A stretch of DNA of 63,021 nucleotides, filler included, from Chiloscyllium plagiosum (lineage: Eukaryota), in the NCBI RefSeq assembly GCF_004010195.1. It is 4 parts of one record of this genome, joined end to end, with 100 filler letters (N's around TTAATTAATTAA, not from the genome) between each part and the next. Parts side by side here need not be neighbours in the genome. Positions count along the whole stretch, not along the records: positions 1 to 26,784 come from NC_057711.1; 3 more parts are not named here. One strand, written 5' to 3'. The notes below the pieces were generated by a model. It saw only the letters and a program-made list of their open reading frames with translations, made no database searches and was not told the origin of the DNA. Of this stretch, positions 1-11,049 are shown in pieces; positions within the stretch are counted from its first letter, which is position 1; every line of letters starts with the position of its first letter. The translations under genes and the position numbers were made by a program.

Positions 1-181
1 CCCCCACCCTCCTCTAGCTTATCTCTCCCTGCTTCAGGCTCTCTGCCTTTATTCCTGATGAAGGGCTTTTGCCCGAAACGTCGATTTTGCTGCTTGTCGG
101 ATGCTGCCTGAATTGCTGGGCTCTTCCAGCACCACTGATCCAGAATCTGGTTTCCAGCATCTGCAGTCATTGTTTTTACCT
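1..181 (+). mobile_element. Penelope-like element (PLE) 3'UTR/pseudo-LTR fragment, family A
   Basis: Same motif (...cctgatgaagggcttttgcccgaaacgtcgatttt...gatgctgcctga...ccagcatctgcagtc...ttttacc) recurs at 5769-5901, 6350-6445 and 41455-41547. It also lies directly upstream of the PLE ORF at 20561-20685. Confidence 0.8.
51..86 (+). ncRNA. Minimal type I hammerhead ribozyme motif (PLE-associated)
   Basis: CTGATGA (55-61), extra A, stem II GGGC-tttt-GCCC (63-74), GAAA (75-78), palindromic ACGT in place of stem III, predicted cleavage after C82. Stem I is weak (attc/gatt). Confidence 0.65.
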
Positions 182-969
182 ACTTTCAAGCATAGGTCAA
201 TGAAAAGCAGAGTTAACCTATCATCGGCCAGAAAGTACCACAGTAAAAACACAGAAATATAAACATCCTGGGATCAAACAGTGATTGAAGAACAGGAAAA
301 CGGAGACTAAGAAAGGGATAGATTAGAGGTCGTGGAACAGACAAAAGATCAAAGACCACAGGTAGCCAAACACGAGGGCTATAAAGACAATGACTGGAGG
401 AACAAAGGAGTATGTGTTATGGGAGAGAGGAAATTACATATTGGAATTGGAAACACAGAAAAAGATTTGGAAAATAACCAGAATTTCAGAATGGAAACAC
501 AGAGATGAGATAAAGATTATGATGAGAGAAATGTCCATTGTTGTATGCACTGAATACCATATTGGTATAGGAAAATTTTAAAAATGGTCCGCAGAGGGCT
601 TCTGTGCCAGCTGCTCCACTTGCACTTTCCATTTTTTTAATATATTCTTGTCTCACAAAACCTATTCACAGTGTTATTTTTATTTGACTGCCTAGATTGT
701 TTGAATGTGTGGCTACTACTACAGCCTGACCACTCTTCCACTCTTGTTCTTTCTTCGTTCAATAACCTGCCATGCTTCATTCATTCTCCATGTCATGTTG
801 TATCCTGGGAAAATACCTAACAGAATACCCATGTCTATGAGAACTGTTTTGTGTGGAAATCAGCAAAAAGATTTACAGAATCTGTTGCAGCAACCCATGT
901 AGAATTTTGCAAAGTTTAAGCAACTTTAGAAAGAACTAAATACTTCCGAACATATTCTTTTCCTTCTTG

Positions 970-1170
970 CAACATTTCACCCCATAACCGTGAAGCCTCC
1001 TGATGATGTCAAACCAATTTCGATGATGAGTAGGAAACTATTCAAACTGTGTTGACGAAGTCAACCGTAACCACCATTGTCAATTTGCAGGATACAAACA
1101 ACATTTGTGCATGTACACACTGAAGAAAACGAGCCTCAAGCTATCATTGATGCATTCACAGAGCAACAAT
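970..1170 (+). mobile_element. Decayed RTE-clade LINE RT fragment
   Basis: Translates to ...RKLFKL...HTEENEPQAIIDAFTE, resembling RTE RT GKLFNL...AHSEAELQAIIDAF; many lesions. Confidence 0.5.
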
Positions 1171-1639
1171 CAGAAAAAAAGTCAATTTGTAGCTGAGATG
1201 TAAGTTGTTGATGCTTTCTTTAGGTGCCACACCAGGGCTCACTGCTGCTGCTGAATGCATATTCAGCTGTATAGGCTAAGAAAATATACAGACAATTCAA
1301 AAATAATGAGGCTTTTGCATGTAAAAATGGGAGTGCTAATTTCAAATGTCCCCTATACAAAATTAGGTTGCTCTGAATGCAACAGACAGTGGGTTTGAAA
1401 TTCAAACCTATTCACTGAGACAAATAGAAAATCCAGGAGAGAGTCAGCAGATCTGTCAGCATCTGTGGAGAGAAACAGATTTAACATTTCGAGTCCAGTA
1501 TGAGTGAGAGAGATAGACAGCACAAAGCAGTTACAAGAATAATTCACAAGGATAAAGTGCTGAAACGTCTAAAACAATTCGTGAGAGAAACTCAACTCAC
1601 ATTGTTATTTGTTGTTGTCAGTTTGAGTAAGATTTATTA

Positions 1640-1845
1640 GGAGCAAATTACTACAGATGCTCGAATCTGTACTGAAAAATCAAATGTTGGAGATCACAGT
1701 GAGTCAAGCAGCATCCATGGAGAGAGAGCAAGCTAGCATATCAGCTTCATCAGCTCTAATGAAGAGTCACCTAGGCTTGAAACATTAGCTTGCTCTCTTT
1801 CCATCCATGACCCACTATGATCTCCAGCATTTGTTGTTTTGAGTG
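1640..1845. mobile_element. Old fold-back PLE pseudo-LTR insertion with degenerate hammerhead
   Basis: Imperfect inverted arms (ggagatcacagt...gagagcaagct vs agcttgctctc...actatgatctcc). Internal agct-CTAATGA-agagtc...ggctt-GAAA-catt-agct at ~1752-1790. Confidence 0.55.
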
Positions 1846-1887
1846 AAATTTATTGTTGGACTTGCTGACTATGTTTACTCCTTTTAA

Positions 1888-2241
1888 GGCAGAACAGTGG
1901 CTCAGTAGTTAGCACTGCTGCCTCACAGCGCCAGGGACCTGGGTTTGATTCCAGCCTTGGGTCACTGTCTGTGTGGAGTTTGCACATTCTCCCCATGTCT
2001 GCATGGGTTTCCTCCAGGTACTCTGGTTTCCTCCTACAGTCCAAAGATGTGCAGTTAGGTGAATTGGCCACACTAAATTGCCCATAGTGTCCAAGGATGT
2101 GTAGGTTAGGTGAATTAGTCAGGGGTAAATGTGGAGTAATAGGGGAGTGGGCCTGGGTGGGTTACTCTTCGGAGGGTCAGTGTGGACTTGTTGGGCCAAA
2201 GGGCCAGCTTCCACACTTTAGAGATTCTAATTCTAAATTCT
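1888..2241 (+). mobile_element. tRNA-derived V-SINE (HE1-like), near full length
   Basis: A box (tggctcagtag) and B box (ggtttgattcc), V-domain core gtgtggagtttgcacattctcccc...ggtttcctcctacagtccaaagatgtgc, CR1-like 3' end with short ttcta tail. Confidence 0.85.
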
Positions 2242-2339
2242 TTTAGTCTGTTTTGGGAAAAGTTTCTCTTTCTTATTTGCAGACCGAATAAATTAACTTA
2301 ATCACCTATATTTTTCACTGATGGTAGTTCATAATTTAA

Positions 2340-3980
2340 ATACTACACTTTAACATCCCTTGGATCTCTGAATTCAATAGAGACTTCACCAATAGAATTA
2401 AACCCCATTGACAACTGACGCTACAGCAAATATCAACATGTTGAAGGAATATATGTTCCCTTTCCATTTTCTTAAGGTGTCCCTTGGGATGGAGGAAAAC
2501 TTTTTTTCTACTCTGGTGTTGTGAGAGGAATTTGATGTCTGTCCTTACTGAGAGGAGGCTCACAAAGTATGGAAATTCATCCACTTTGTTCAGTGGCTAG
2601 TTGAATGCATTAATAATCTCTTGAGTGTGTACAGACAAGCACTGTTTGCATATTGCAACTTGATGATAAAGGATGATAAAACTTCGTTCGGGACTGGAGG
2701 CAACACAGTTTGAATAGTTTCCTACTCATCCTCTAAATTAGCTTGACATCATAGTTATGGGGTGGAATGTTGCAAACAAAGAAGACGAATACTGGCACAA
2801 TGACAAAGTCTTGCTTGACCCCAGTTTGCACACTATTGGGGGTGTAATGGATACAGTGGTGAATATCAGCTTTCATGCCATCGTGCAGCAGGCATGAATG
2901 GTGATACTCTTCTGCAAGCAGCAAATTTGAACAGGACATTCCAAGTCCCTCCCAGAGTCAAAGGTCTTTGTGAGGACAAAAAAGCCATGTGTATTGGTTG
3001 CTGTTGCTATGAATTTTTCTTGGGCTTTGTTTTGTTGTGGAGACCATGGCCATTATACCTCTTGGTAGACAGGATACACATTGCAATTCTGGCAGAAGAT
3101 CTTCAGCCATTGGGAGGGAAGAACTAACGAGGATTTGTGCAATGATCTTTCCCGTGGTTGATAGCAGGGAATACCTCTCTGTGGTTACTCTAATTTATCT
3201 TATCTCCTTTGTTGAAGGTGATCACAAAACAGCATCTTGGATATCCCATGGAAAATTCTCCTCATTCCAAGTGAGAGAGATGAGGTCATGTATATGAGCT
3301 AAGTGTACTTCTCCCCTCTATTTTAGTATTTCTGCAGGATTTCCATCTGCATCACCTCCAGATGCTCCAGTTTCCTCCCACAGTCCGAAGTTGTGCAGGT
3401 AAGGTGGATTGGCCATGCTAAAAATTGGCCTGTAAGTCCAAGATGTGCAGGTTAGGTGCGTTAGCAATGACGAAAATGCCATACAGGATTATGGGGATGG
3501 GCGGAGGCTGGAATGCTCTTCGGAGGGTTGGTGCAGACTCAATGGGCCCAATGGCCTCTTTCTGCACTTTAGAGATTCTATGATTCTATGATCAATGGTC
3601 TTGTTGGTTCTGAGCTAGTGAATAACTTTCATCTTCATGATTGGCTGGGATCATACTGAGACATTCACAAGTGGCATACCATAATTTGGTTAAGGGCGCT
3701 CACATCAACGATGGCGTTTCAATTTTGAAGTGCTCCTTCCAAAAGCACTCACTGCCTCTACATTTCTGATGAGAACCAGCTCATTCTTAGCTTTCAGTAG
3801 GTTAGGTGCCTGGCTGCTTGGCCATAGATGGTCTTAAAGGTGCTGAAGAATCTATGCATGTCATGGCTGTTGGTAATGTTGGTAAGTTGATGTATTTCAT
3901 GCACTCTTTCTGTCCACCAAATGCTTTTTAGATCATGTGATTTTACTTGTTGGAACTCAGCCTTCATGTGCACATCAATC
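2340..3980 (-). mobile_element. Highly decayed RTE-clade LINE (RT region), interrupted by a SINE
   Basis: Minus ORF remnant LHDGMKA...VQTGVKQDFVIVP matches the RTE RT motif TGVKQGCVIAP. Confidence 0.55.
3361..3590 (+). mobile_element. 5'-truncated V-SINE
   Basis: V-core tail gtttcctcccacagtccgaagttgtgcagg...ggattggccatgctaaa and (attctatg) tail. Confidence 0.75.
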
Positions 3981-4977
3981 TGCTTTCTTTCCTTTTGGTT
4001 TTAGTTTCCAGTACAGGGACACCTCACAATTTAAACTGGTTTGATGAAAATGATCAGGAGACCTAGGAGCTACTAAATCACAAGTGCAAGGTGTTCCTAA
4101 TATGTTCTCTATTGTATTTGTGATATAATAATGAAGTATGTAATCAACCATTAGTAAGGAATTATTGAATTTGAAGATGCCTTCACTAACACTGATCATT
4201 CATATAAAGCCATTGATTTTATTGAAGCACAGCACTGGGGCTTCAAGCCTTAATAATTAGTATTGAGCTCCACAGCTACCTGTTCCCATTGGTCTTTGAC
4301 AATCTGTCTAATGGGTCTTCTTCCCAGCTATCATTCTTTGCAACTTCTCCATAAAGATGTACAGTGTCTGAAAATCTTGGAGCTTGTGCTCATCCCTGCT
4401 TTGCCGTTCTTTACTTTTTCCCAGGTCTGATTCTCTTCGACCAGCCTTACTGCGATTGTTACGCTGCGCATCCCCTTTCACAACTGCAGGCTAGCTTTAA
4501 AGTGATGCTAGTTACTAATTATTATGGCCCTCTGCTGATGCATCCTGGCAGTGAACAGTGCAGATAGTGTTCTTTGGCAGCAGAGTTCATTCAAATGTCC
4601 AGTCAGCTAAAAGTTGGTGTTCTGCCTGCATTGCAAGCAATTTGCATGATTTAAGGATGTCTGTCAACTCCTGTTCCTGGTTTAAGGGCTGTACAATTTG
4701 TTGTCCGTCCTCAATTTCCTTGCTAGAAATCTCTGTGCATCATGATTTAGTTATTAGTCACCAGTTATGTTTCACCCTGAACGTTATGCCTGATCCTGAC
4801 TATGTGTGAAAGACCACAGAAGATCAACTAGTTAAATTAGTTATATTAAATGATGAGAATATTAACCAGCGTCACATCTTGCACCAGAAGTTTACATTGT
4901 GATCATCACATAGGTAACATAAAAGACATTTCAGATTGTAAATACAGAAAAACTAAAATAATTTCATGTTTACTTAC

Positions 4978-5173
4978 AAGTTATAGTCCTGGTTGATTCC
5001 AGCAAATGGGTGGTTTGAACATTTAGCAAAAACAAAAACTAAAGCACAAAGCAGTGATAATACACATGTGACTGCACCCATTCTCATCACATCTCGACAT
5101 TGAAGTTTCATCTTGGAAATGATGAGCCCACCAATAACTTGACCAATGAAAGCTCCAGGGATAAGTACTGCTC
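4978..5173 (-). CDS. SLCO4C1: Internal exon of organic anion transporting polypeptide SLCO4C1-like gene (196 bp)
   Basis: ttttaag acceptor, gtaagt donor. Encodes (G)AVLIPGAFIGQVIGGLIISKMKLQCRDVMRMGAVTCVLSLLCALVFVFAKCSNHPFAGINQDYN, recognisable as OATP4C1 GAVLIPGAALGQILGG...YAKCENEPFAGV. Phase matches the exon at 13663-13807. Confidence 0.9.
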
Positions 5174-5670
5174 CTTAAAAGTAAAAGATTTGAACCGATT
5201 ATATCATTATCAGGTCACATGGTTCACTGGAGATACCTGTGTACTTTCTGGAGAAATATTTATCTGCTACTACCAAAAGTATCTCTTAATAACAGCGATA
5301 TAACTTTGTTCACAAAGCCATTCATGGTGTCTCTGGCTCACATCAATTCGAAAAGTAGAATATCAACAATTTCTAAATTAAAGCAATATTAATTATTACA
5401 TTAAGATGCAGTGAATTTAAAAGAGAGAACTTTTCACTTTGAAACATTTTTATACTTAAGTGTGCCTTGTCTTTCTATCACAGACAATGTAAAATTATTT
5501 CTGAAAGGATGAACACAAAGAATAGCATGCTGCATGGTCAGTCAGTTAGAATTTTAATTAACCCTCAAGTCAACCTGAATAATCTTCCGAATCTCCAGTT
5601 CAGTTATAGTGGCAGATGCAATCGTAAGTAGGTTGTAATGGATATTCTGCTCAACAAGATCTATATTAAG

Positions 5671-5901
5671 GGCTTAGATCAGAGTGGTGCTGGAAAAGCA
5701 CAGCAGGTCAGGCAGCATCCGAGGAGCAGGAAAATCGACGTTTCAGCCAAAAGCCCTTCATCAGGAATATTCCTGATGAAGGGCTTTTGGCTGAAACGTC
5801 GATTTTCCTGATCCTCGGATGCTGCCTGACCTGCTGTGCTTTTCCAGCACCACTCTGATCTAAACTCTGGTTTCCAGCATCTGCAGTCCTCACTTTTGCC
5901 T
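5671..5901. mobile_element. Fold-back PLE pseudo-LTR insertion (family A) with 15-bp TSD
   Basis: 190-bp palindrome 5674-5863 (centre 5768/5769, one mismatch seen) with head-to-head hammerhead cores; TSD aagatctatattaag at 5656-5670 and 5902-5916. Confidence 0.85.
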
Positions 5902-6112
5902 AAGATCTATATTAAGTCTGTCACTGTCAAACATTCTATTCATGGAAAGGACTAGACACTAGGTGGTCAGGAATATACAACAAAAGGAATCTAATTCAAA
6001 ATTTTCAATGGTAACAGGAATTATCATGGATTTTGAAATTGTTTTGGCAATAAGTATGAGGAACTCATGGAATTCTTTTGTTACTAAATTTCCGGCCATC
6101 TGTTCAGCTGCC

Positions 6113-6445
6113 GTTGATTTTAACGTACTGCGAATCCTCTTGCACGGATGCCTTCCTTGAAGAAGTTCTCCTCCTCCCTCTACAAGGATCTCAGTGAGTC
6201 CCTCTCTCACTGCATCCCCCAGGTCATCTCCTCTGCCTTGAAGCTCTTCAGCCACGTCAACAAACAGAATCGCCACCTATCGCATTCCCAACGCCCCTCC
6301 CCCAAGTCCCTCCTCCCTACCTTTTATCTTAGCCTGCTTGGCACACCCTCCTCATTCCTGAAGAAGGGCTTATGCCCGAAACGTCGATTCTCCTGTTCCT
6401 TTGATGCTGCCTGACCTGCTGCGCTTTTCCAGCAACGCATTTTTC
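6113..6445 (+). mobile_element. Internally deleted PLE (ORF N-terminus fused to 3'UTR/pLTR with hammerhead)
   Basis: MPSLKKFSSSLYKDLSESLSHC matches the start of the PLE ORF at ~20525 (minus). It is followed by a pyrimidine-rich 3'UTR and CTGAAGA-a-GGGC-ttat-GCCC-GAAA-cgtc (6358-6385). Confidence 0.75.
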
Positions 6446-6598
6446 ATAGCCAGTTCTCTGCCTCCCACTAGCTCATCAAGCCAAACACTTCTGTACATCA
6501 GTCTATTGTTTTCATCCTAGTTCCCATCATGCCTTCTTGAACCATAACATATCCATGAGATCCTCATTCTGTTACCTCAATCCAATTCCCAATGCATT

Positions 6599-7447
6599 TT
6601 CAAAGTTTGTGAGAAGATTTGTAGCTCGGATGCTCGTTGTTGTGGTTGTGTTCGCTGAGCTGGGAATTTGTGTTGCAGACGTTTCGTCCCCTGTCTAGGT
6701 GACATCCTCAGTGCTTGGGAGCCTCCTGTGAAGCGCTTCTGTGATCTTTCCTCCGGCATTTGTAGTGGTTTGGATCTGCTGCTTCCGGTTGTCAGTTCCA
6801 GCTGTCCACTGCAGTGGTCGGTATATTGGGTCCAGGTCGATGTGCTTATTGATTGAATCTGTGATGAGTGCCATGCCTCTAGGAATTCCCTGGCTGTTCT
6901 CTGTTTGGCTTGTCCTATAATAGTAGTGTTGTCCCAGTCGAATTCATGTTGCTTGTCATCTGCGTGTGAGGCTACTAAGGATAGCTGGTCGTGTCATTTC
7001 GTGGCTAGTTGGTGTTCATGGATGCTGATCGTTAGCTGTCTTCCTGTTTGTCCTATGTAGTGTTTTGTGCAGTCCTTGCATGGGAATACCCAGCATGAGC
7101 AAAACCAATGTAGTGTACAAAATCCCATGAATCCCAAAAGCAACATGAATTCGACTGGGACAACACTACTATTATAGGACAAGCCAAACAGAGAACAGCC
7201 AGGGAATTCCTAGAGGCATGGCACTCATCCACAGATTCATTCAATAAGCACATCAACCTTGACCCAATATACCGACCACTGCAGCGGACAGCTGGAACTG
7301 ACAACCGGAAGCAGCAGATTCAAACCACTACAAATGCTGGAGGAAAGATCACAGAAGCGCTGCACAGGAGGCTCCCAAGCACTGAGGATGTCACCTAGAC
7401 AGGGGACGAAACGTCTGCAACACAAATTCCCAGCTTGGCGAACACAA
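6599..7447. mobile_element. PLE family B 3' end (GIY-YIG endonuclease C-terminus) in inverted/fold-back arrangement with 12-bp TSD
   Basis: Minus arm encodes PCKDCTKHYIGQTGRQLTISIHEH (GIY-YIG). Plus arm ~7138-7447 is its reverse complement. TSD tcccaatgcatt at 6587-6598 and 7448-7459. Confidence 0.85.
7379..7418 (+). ncRNA. Minimal hammerhead ribozyme motif, PLE family B (mirror copy on minus at ~6675-6714)
   Basis: gca-CTGAGGA-t-[gtc a cct agac agg g gac]-GAAA-cg-TC-tgc: stem I gca/tgc, stem II with one mismatch, palindromic ACGT. Confidence 0.65.
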
Positions 7448-7597
7448 TCCCAATGCATTGCTAACGATCCAAATTCTCTTCATGATCTTCATATTTGGTC
7501 ACAATGTTCATATGTGTTTTGAGATAGTGTTGTTGTCTGTTCTTAAAATCTGATGCCACCATCACTTCCCTTAATAAACCAGACCTTCACCTCACTG

Positions 7598-7796
7598 GAA
7601 GAAAATGAAGATTGCAGATGCGGGAGATGGGAGCCGAAGGGTTTGGTGCTGGAAAAGCACAGCCAGTCAGGCAGCATCTAAGGAACAGGAGAATCGTCGT
7701 TTTGGGCATAAGCTGATGAAAGGCTTATGCCAGAGACGTCAATTCTCCTGCTCCTCAGATGCCGCCTGACTGGCTGTGCTTTTCCAGCACCACACT
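7598..7796. mobile_element. Fold-back PLE pseudo-LTR insertion (family A, older) with ~13-bp TSD
   Basis: Inverted arms around a degenerate ctgatgaaaggcttatgccagagacgtc; direct repeat cttcacctcactg at 7585-7597 and 7797-7809. Confidence 0.7.
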
Positions 7797-7949
7797 CTTC
7801 ACCTCACTGTCCTTGCAAATTGCATCACATTTCCAATTTCTCTTTTCTTTCATAGTCCTTGAATGTAATCGCCTCCCAACTCCATGCCTATTTATTCCGA
7901 GAACTTCACATTTGAATCTCTTCAATCAGATGTTTACCTCTGCCATAGT

Positions 7950-8300
7950 ACAGGAACAGTTCTTGTCAAAATCACAAATGACATCCAAAAATCTCTCCAT
8001 CCTGGTCCCTGTATTTTGACACAGTTTACCATGAAACCCTTGTAATGACACTCTGCTATCACTGGCTGGGTGAAACTGCACTCAGCTGGTTCTATTCTTA
8101 TGTATTAAATCATAGCCAAGTATCCTTTTTTAAAGCTTCTCCCCCCCATTTTTTGGTATCTTCCTAGGATCTCTACTTGACCCGTTTCCTATTTCTCATC
8201 TACCTGCTACCTCTAAATAACATTATTGAACAGCACACGTACACTGACCAGACCCAGCTCCATCTTACCAACTGTTTCAACTCCTCCACTATTGCTAAAT
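7950..8300 (+). mobile_element. Decayed L2-clade LINE RT fragment
   Basis: Remnants of VKITNDI, GSxLxPFLFLIYLLPL and HTYTDQTQLHL (YADD region). Confidence 0.55.
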
Positions 8301-8304
8301 TATT

Positions 8305-10400
8305 TATCGTCCCTGCCTCCACTGAGCTCCCTAGCAATGAATTCCACAGGTCCACCTCTCTCTGGCTGAAGAAATGTCTCCTCATTTCCGTTCTAAATTG
8401 ACCCCCTATAATTCTAAGGCTGTGCCCAAGGGTCCTAGTATCCCCGTCTAACGGAAACAACTTCCCAACATCGACCCTTTCTGAGCCATGCATTACTCTG
8501 TAACTTTCTATTAGATCACCCCTCAACCTTCCAGATGCTAATGAATACAATCCCAGGATCCTGAGTTGTTCATCGTATATTAGGCCTACCATTCCAGGGA
8601 TCATCCATGTGAATCTCCACTGGGTATGCTCCAGTGCCAGTATGTCCTTCCTGAGGTGTGGGGCCCAAAACTGGACACAGTATTCTAAATGGGGCCTAAC
8701 TAGAGCTTTATAAAATCTCAGAAGCACATCGCTGCTTTTATATTACAACCCTCTTGAGATAAATGACAACATTACATTTGCTTTCTTAATCACAGACTCA
8801 ACCTGCAAGTTAACTTTGGCAGAATCCTGGACTAGCTCTCCCAGATCCCTTTGTACTTTGGCTTTATGAATTTTCTCACCATTTAGAAAATAGTCCATGC
8901 CTGTATTCTTTTTTCCGAAGTGCAAGACCTCACATTTTCTCACGTTGAATTTCATCAGCTATTTCCTGGACCACTCTCCTAAACTGTCTAAATCTTTCTG
9001 CAGCCTCCCCACCTCCTCACTACTACCTGCCTGTCTACCTAACTTCGTATCATTGGCAACCTTCACCGGAATGCCCCCAGTCCCTTCATCCAGATCATTA
9101 ATATATAATGTGAACAGCTGCGGCCCCAACACTGAACCCTGCAGGACACCACTTATCAGCTGCCATTCTGAAAAGCATCTTTTATCCCAACTCTCTGCAT
9201 TCTGTCAGACAGCCAATCCTCAATCCATGCCAATAGCTTACCTCAAACATCATGGGCCCTCACCTTACTGAGCAGCCTCCCGTAAGGCACCTTATCAAAG
9301 GCCTTTTGGAAGTCTAGATAGATAACATCCACTGCGTTTCCCTGGCCTAACCTAATTGTTACCACTTCAAAGAATTCTAACAGGTTTGTCAGGCACGACC
9401 TCCCCTTACTAAATCCATGCTGACTTGTTCTAATCCGACCCTGCACTTCTGTGAATTTAGAAATGTCATCCTTAACGATGGGTTCCAGAATTTTACCAAC
9501 AACCGAGGTTAGGCTAATGGGTCTATAATTTTCCATCTTTTGTCTTAATCCTTTCTTGAACAAGGGGGTTACAGCAGCAATTTTCTAATCATCTGGGACT
9601 TTCCATGACTCCAGTGACTTTTGAAGATCACAACCAACGCCTCCGCTATTTCCTCAGCCACCTCCCTCAGAACTCTAGGATGTAGCCCATCATGGCCAGG
9701 AGATTTATCAATTTTTAGATCTTTTAGCTTTTCTCGTACTTTCTCTTTTGTACTGGCAACCATACTCAGCTCTGCTCCTGACTCTCCTTAATTGTTGAGA
9801 TATTACTCATGTTTTCCACTGCGAAGACTGACACAAAGAACTTATTAAGTTCTTCAGCTATTTCCTTATCTCCCAGCACTAGCCTTCCTGCATCAATTTG
9901 AAGCAGCTCATTGTCTATTTTTGCCTCTTGTTTGTTTCTTCTCTATTGAAATAAACCTTTACTATAATTTCTAATATTACTGACTAGCCTACCTTCATTT
10001 TTGATCCTCTCCTTTGTTATTTCTCTCTTTGTTATCCTCTGTTTTTGTAGTCTTTCCAATCTTCTGATTTCCCAGTGCTCTTGGCCACTTTATAGGCTCT
10101 CTCTTTTTATTTGATATATTTCCTGACTTCCTTTGTCAGCCATGGCTGTCTAATCCTCACTCCTCCTCTCCCCCAAATCCACAACCCCCCCCCTCAAACC
10201 CCCAGATAATCTTCCTTTTCATTGGGATGAACCTCTGTACCATGTCCTTAATTACATCCAGAAACTCCTGCCACTGTTGCTCTACTGTCTTCCCGTTAGG
10301 CTCTGCTTCCAGTCAACTGTAACACCATTACATCCAATTTTGCCTTCTCTCTTTCAAACTGCAGACTGAACTCTACCATATTATGATCACTGCCTCCTAA
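8305..10400 (-). mobile_element. CR1-clade LINE ORF2 fragment (frameshifted)
   Basis: NYRPISLTSVVGKILE, QHGFSKGRSCLTNLLEFFE, YLDFQKAFDKVP, LVRPHLEYCVQFWAP. Confidence 0.9.
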
Positions 10401-10459
10401 GACTTCTGGACTCCAAACACTCCTTATTTTAGGAGAGATACACATGCATTTGATGCAGT

Positions 10460-10787
10460 TCAGAGGAGGGTCACCAGGGAGATATCTAGTTTGATAGATT
10501 TGTATTAAGAAACAAGGTAGTGCAATAGGTTGGAGAGGAGGGTGGTCAGGATAGGTAGGACAGTTCAAGAGTGTGTCTCTCTCGCTCTGTCTCAAGTGTC
10601 TCTCTCTCTCTCTCTCTCTCTCTGTCTGTCTCAAATCTCTCTCTCTCTCTATCTGTCTCGAGTGTGTCTCTCTCTATCTGTCTCGAGTGTCTCTCTCGCT
10701 CTCTCGAGTGTCTCTCTCGCTCTCAGAGGAGGGTCACCAGGGAGATATCTAGTTTGATAGATTTGTATTAAGAAACAAGGTAGTGCA
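10460..10787. repeat. 65-bp perfect direct repeat flanking a CT-rich compound microsatellite
   Basis: 10460-10524 is identical to 10723-10787; (CT)n/tctcgagtg array at ~10573-10722. Confidence 0.9.
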
Positions 10788-11049
10788 CCTTTGCTGTATT
10801 GCCTCCAAGGTGAATATGTCCTTCCTTCAATATGAGCACCAAATCTGCACAGTATCCTAAACATTTAGTTGGAATGGGGCACTGTAAAGTTAGGTAATGG
10901 ATACCATTCTCTGCAACTGAAAATATGAGAAGGTAGTGATATCAGGATTAAAGTCATGACTTTGGGCCTAGATAAGAATTAGAACTTGGAGGAGAAGGAT
11001 CCAGTTTCTGTAATCCACTTAATGACATAGCAAGGGCTAAGAAATTGGT

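Noticed and set aside
1000..1040. ctgatga...gaaac as a possible hammerhead
   Set aside because: No pairing stem II; it lies inside a decayed RTE coding fragment.
1888..1960. tRNA gene
   Set aside because: The A/B boxes belong to a SINE head continuous with the V-domain; no complete cloverleaf.
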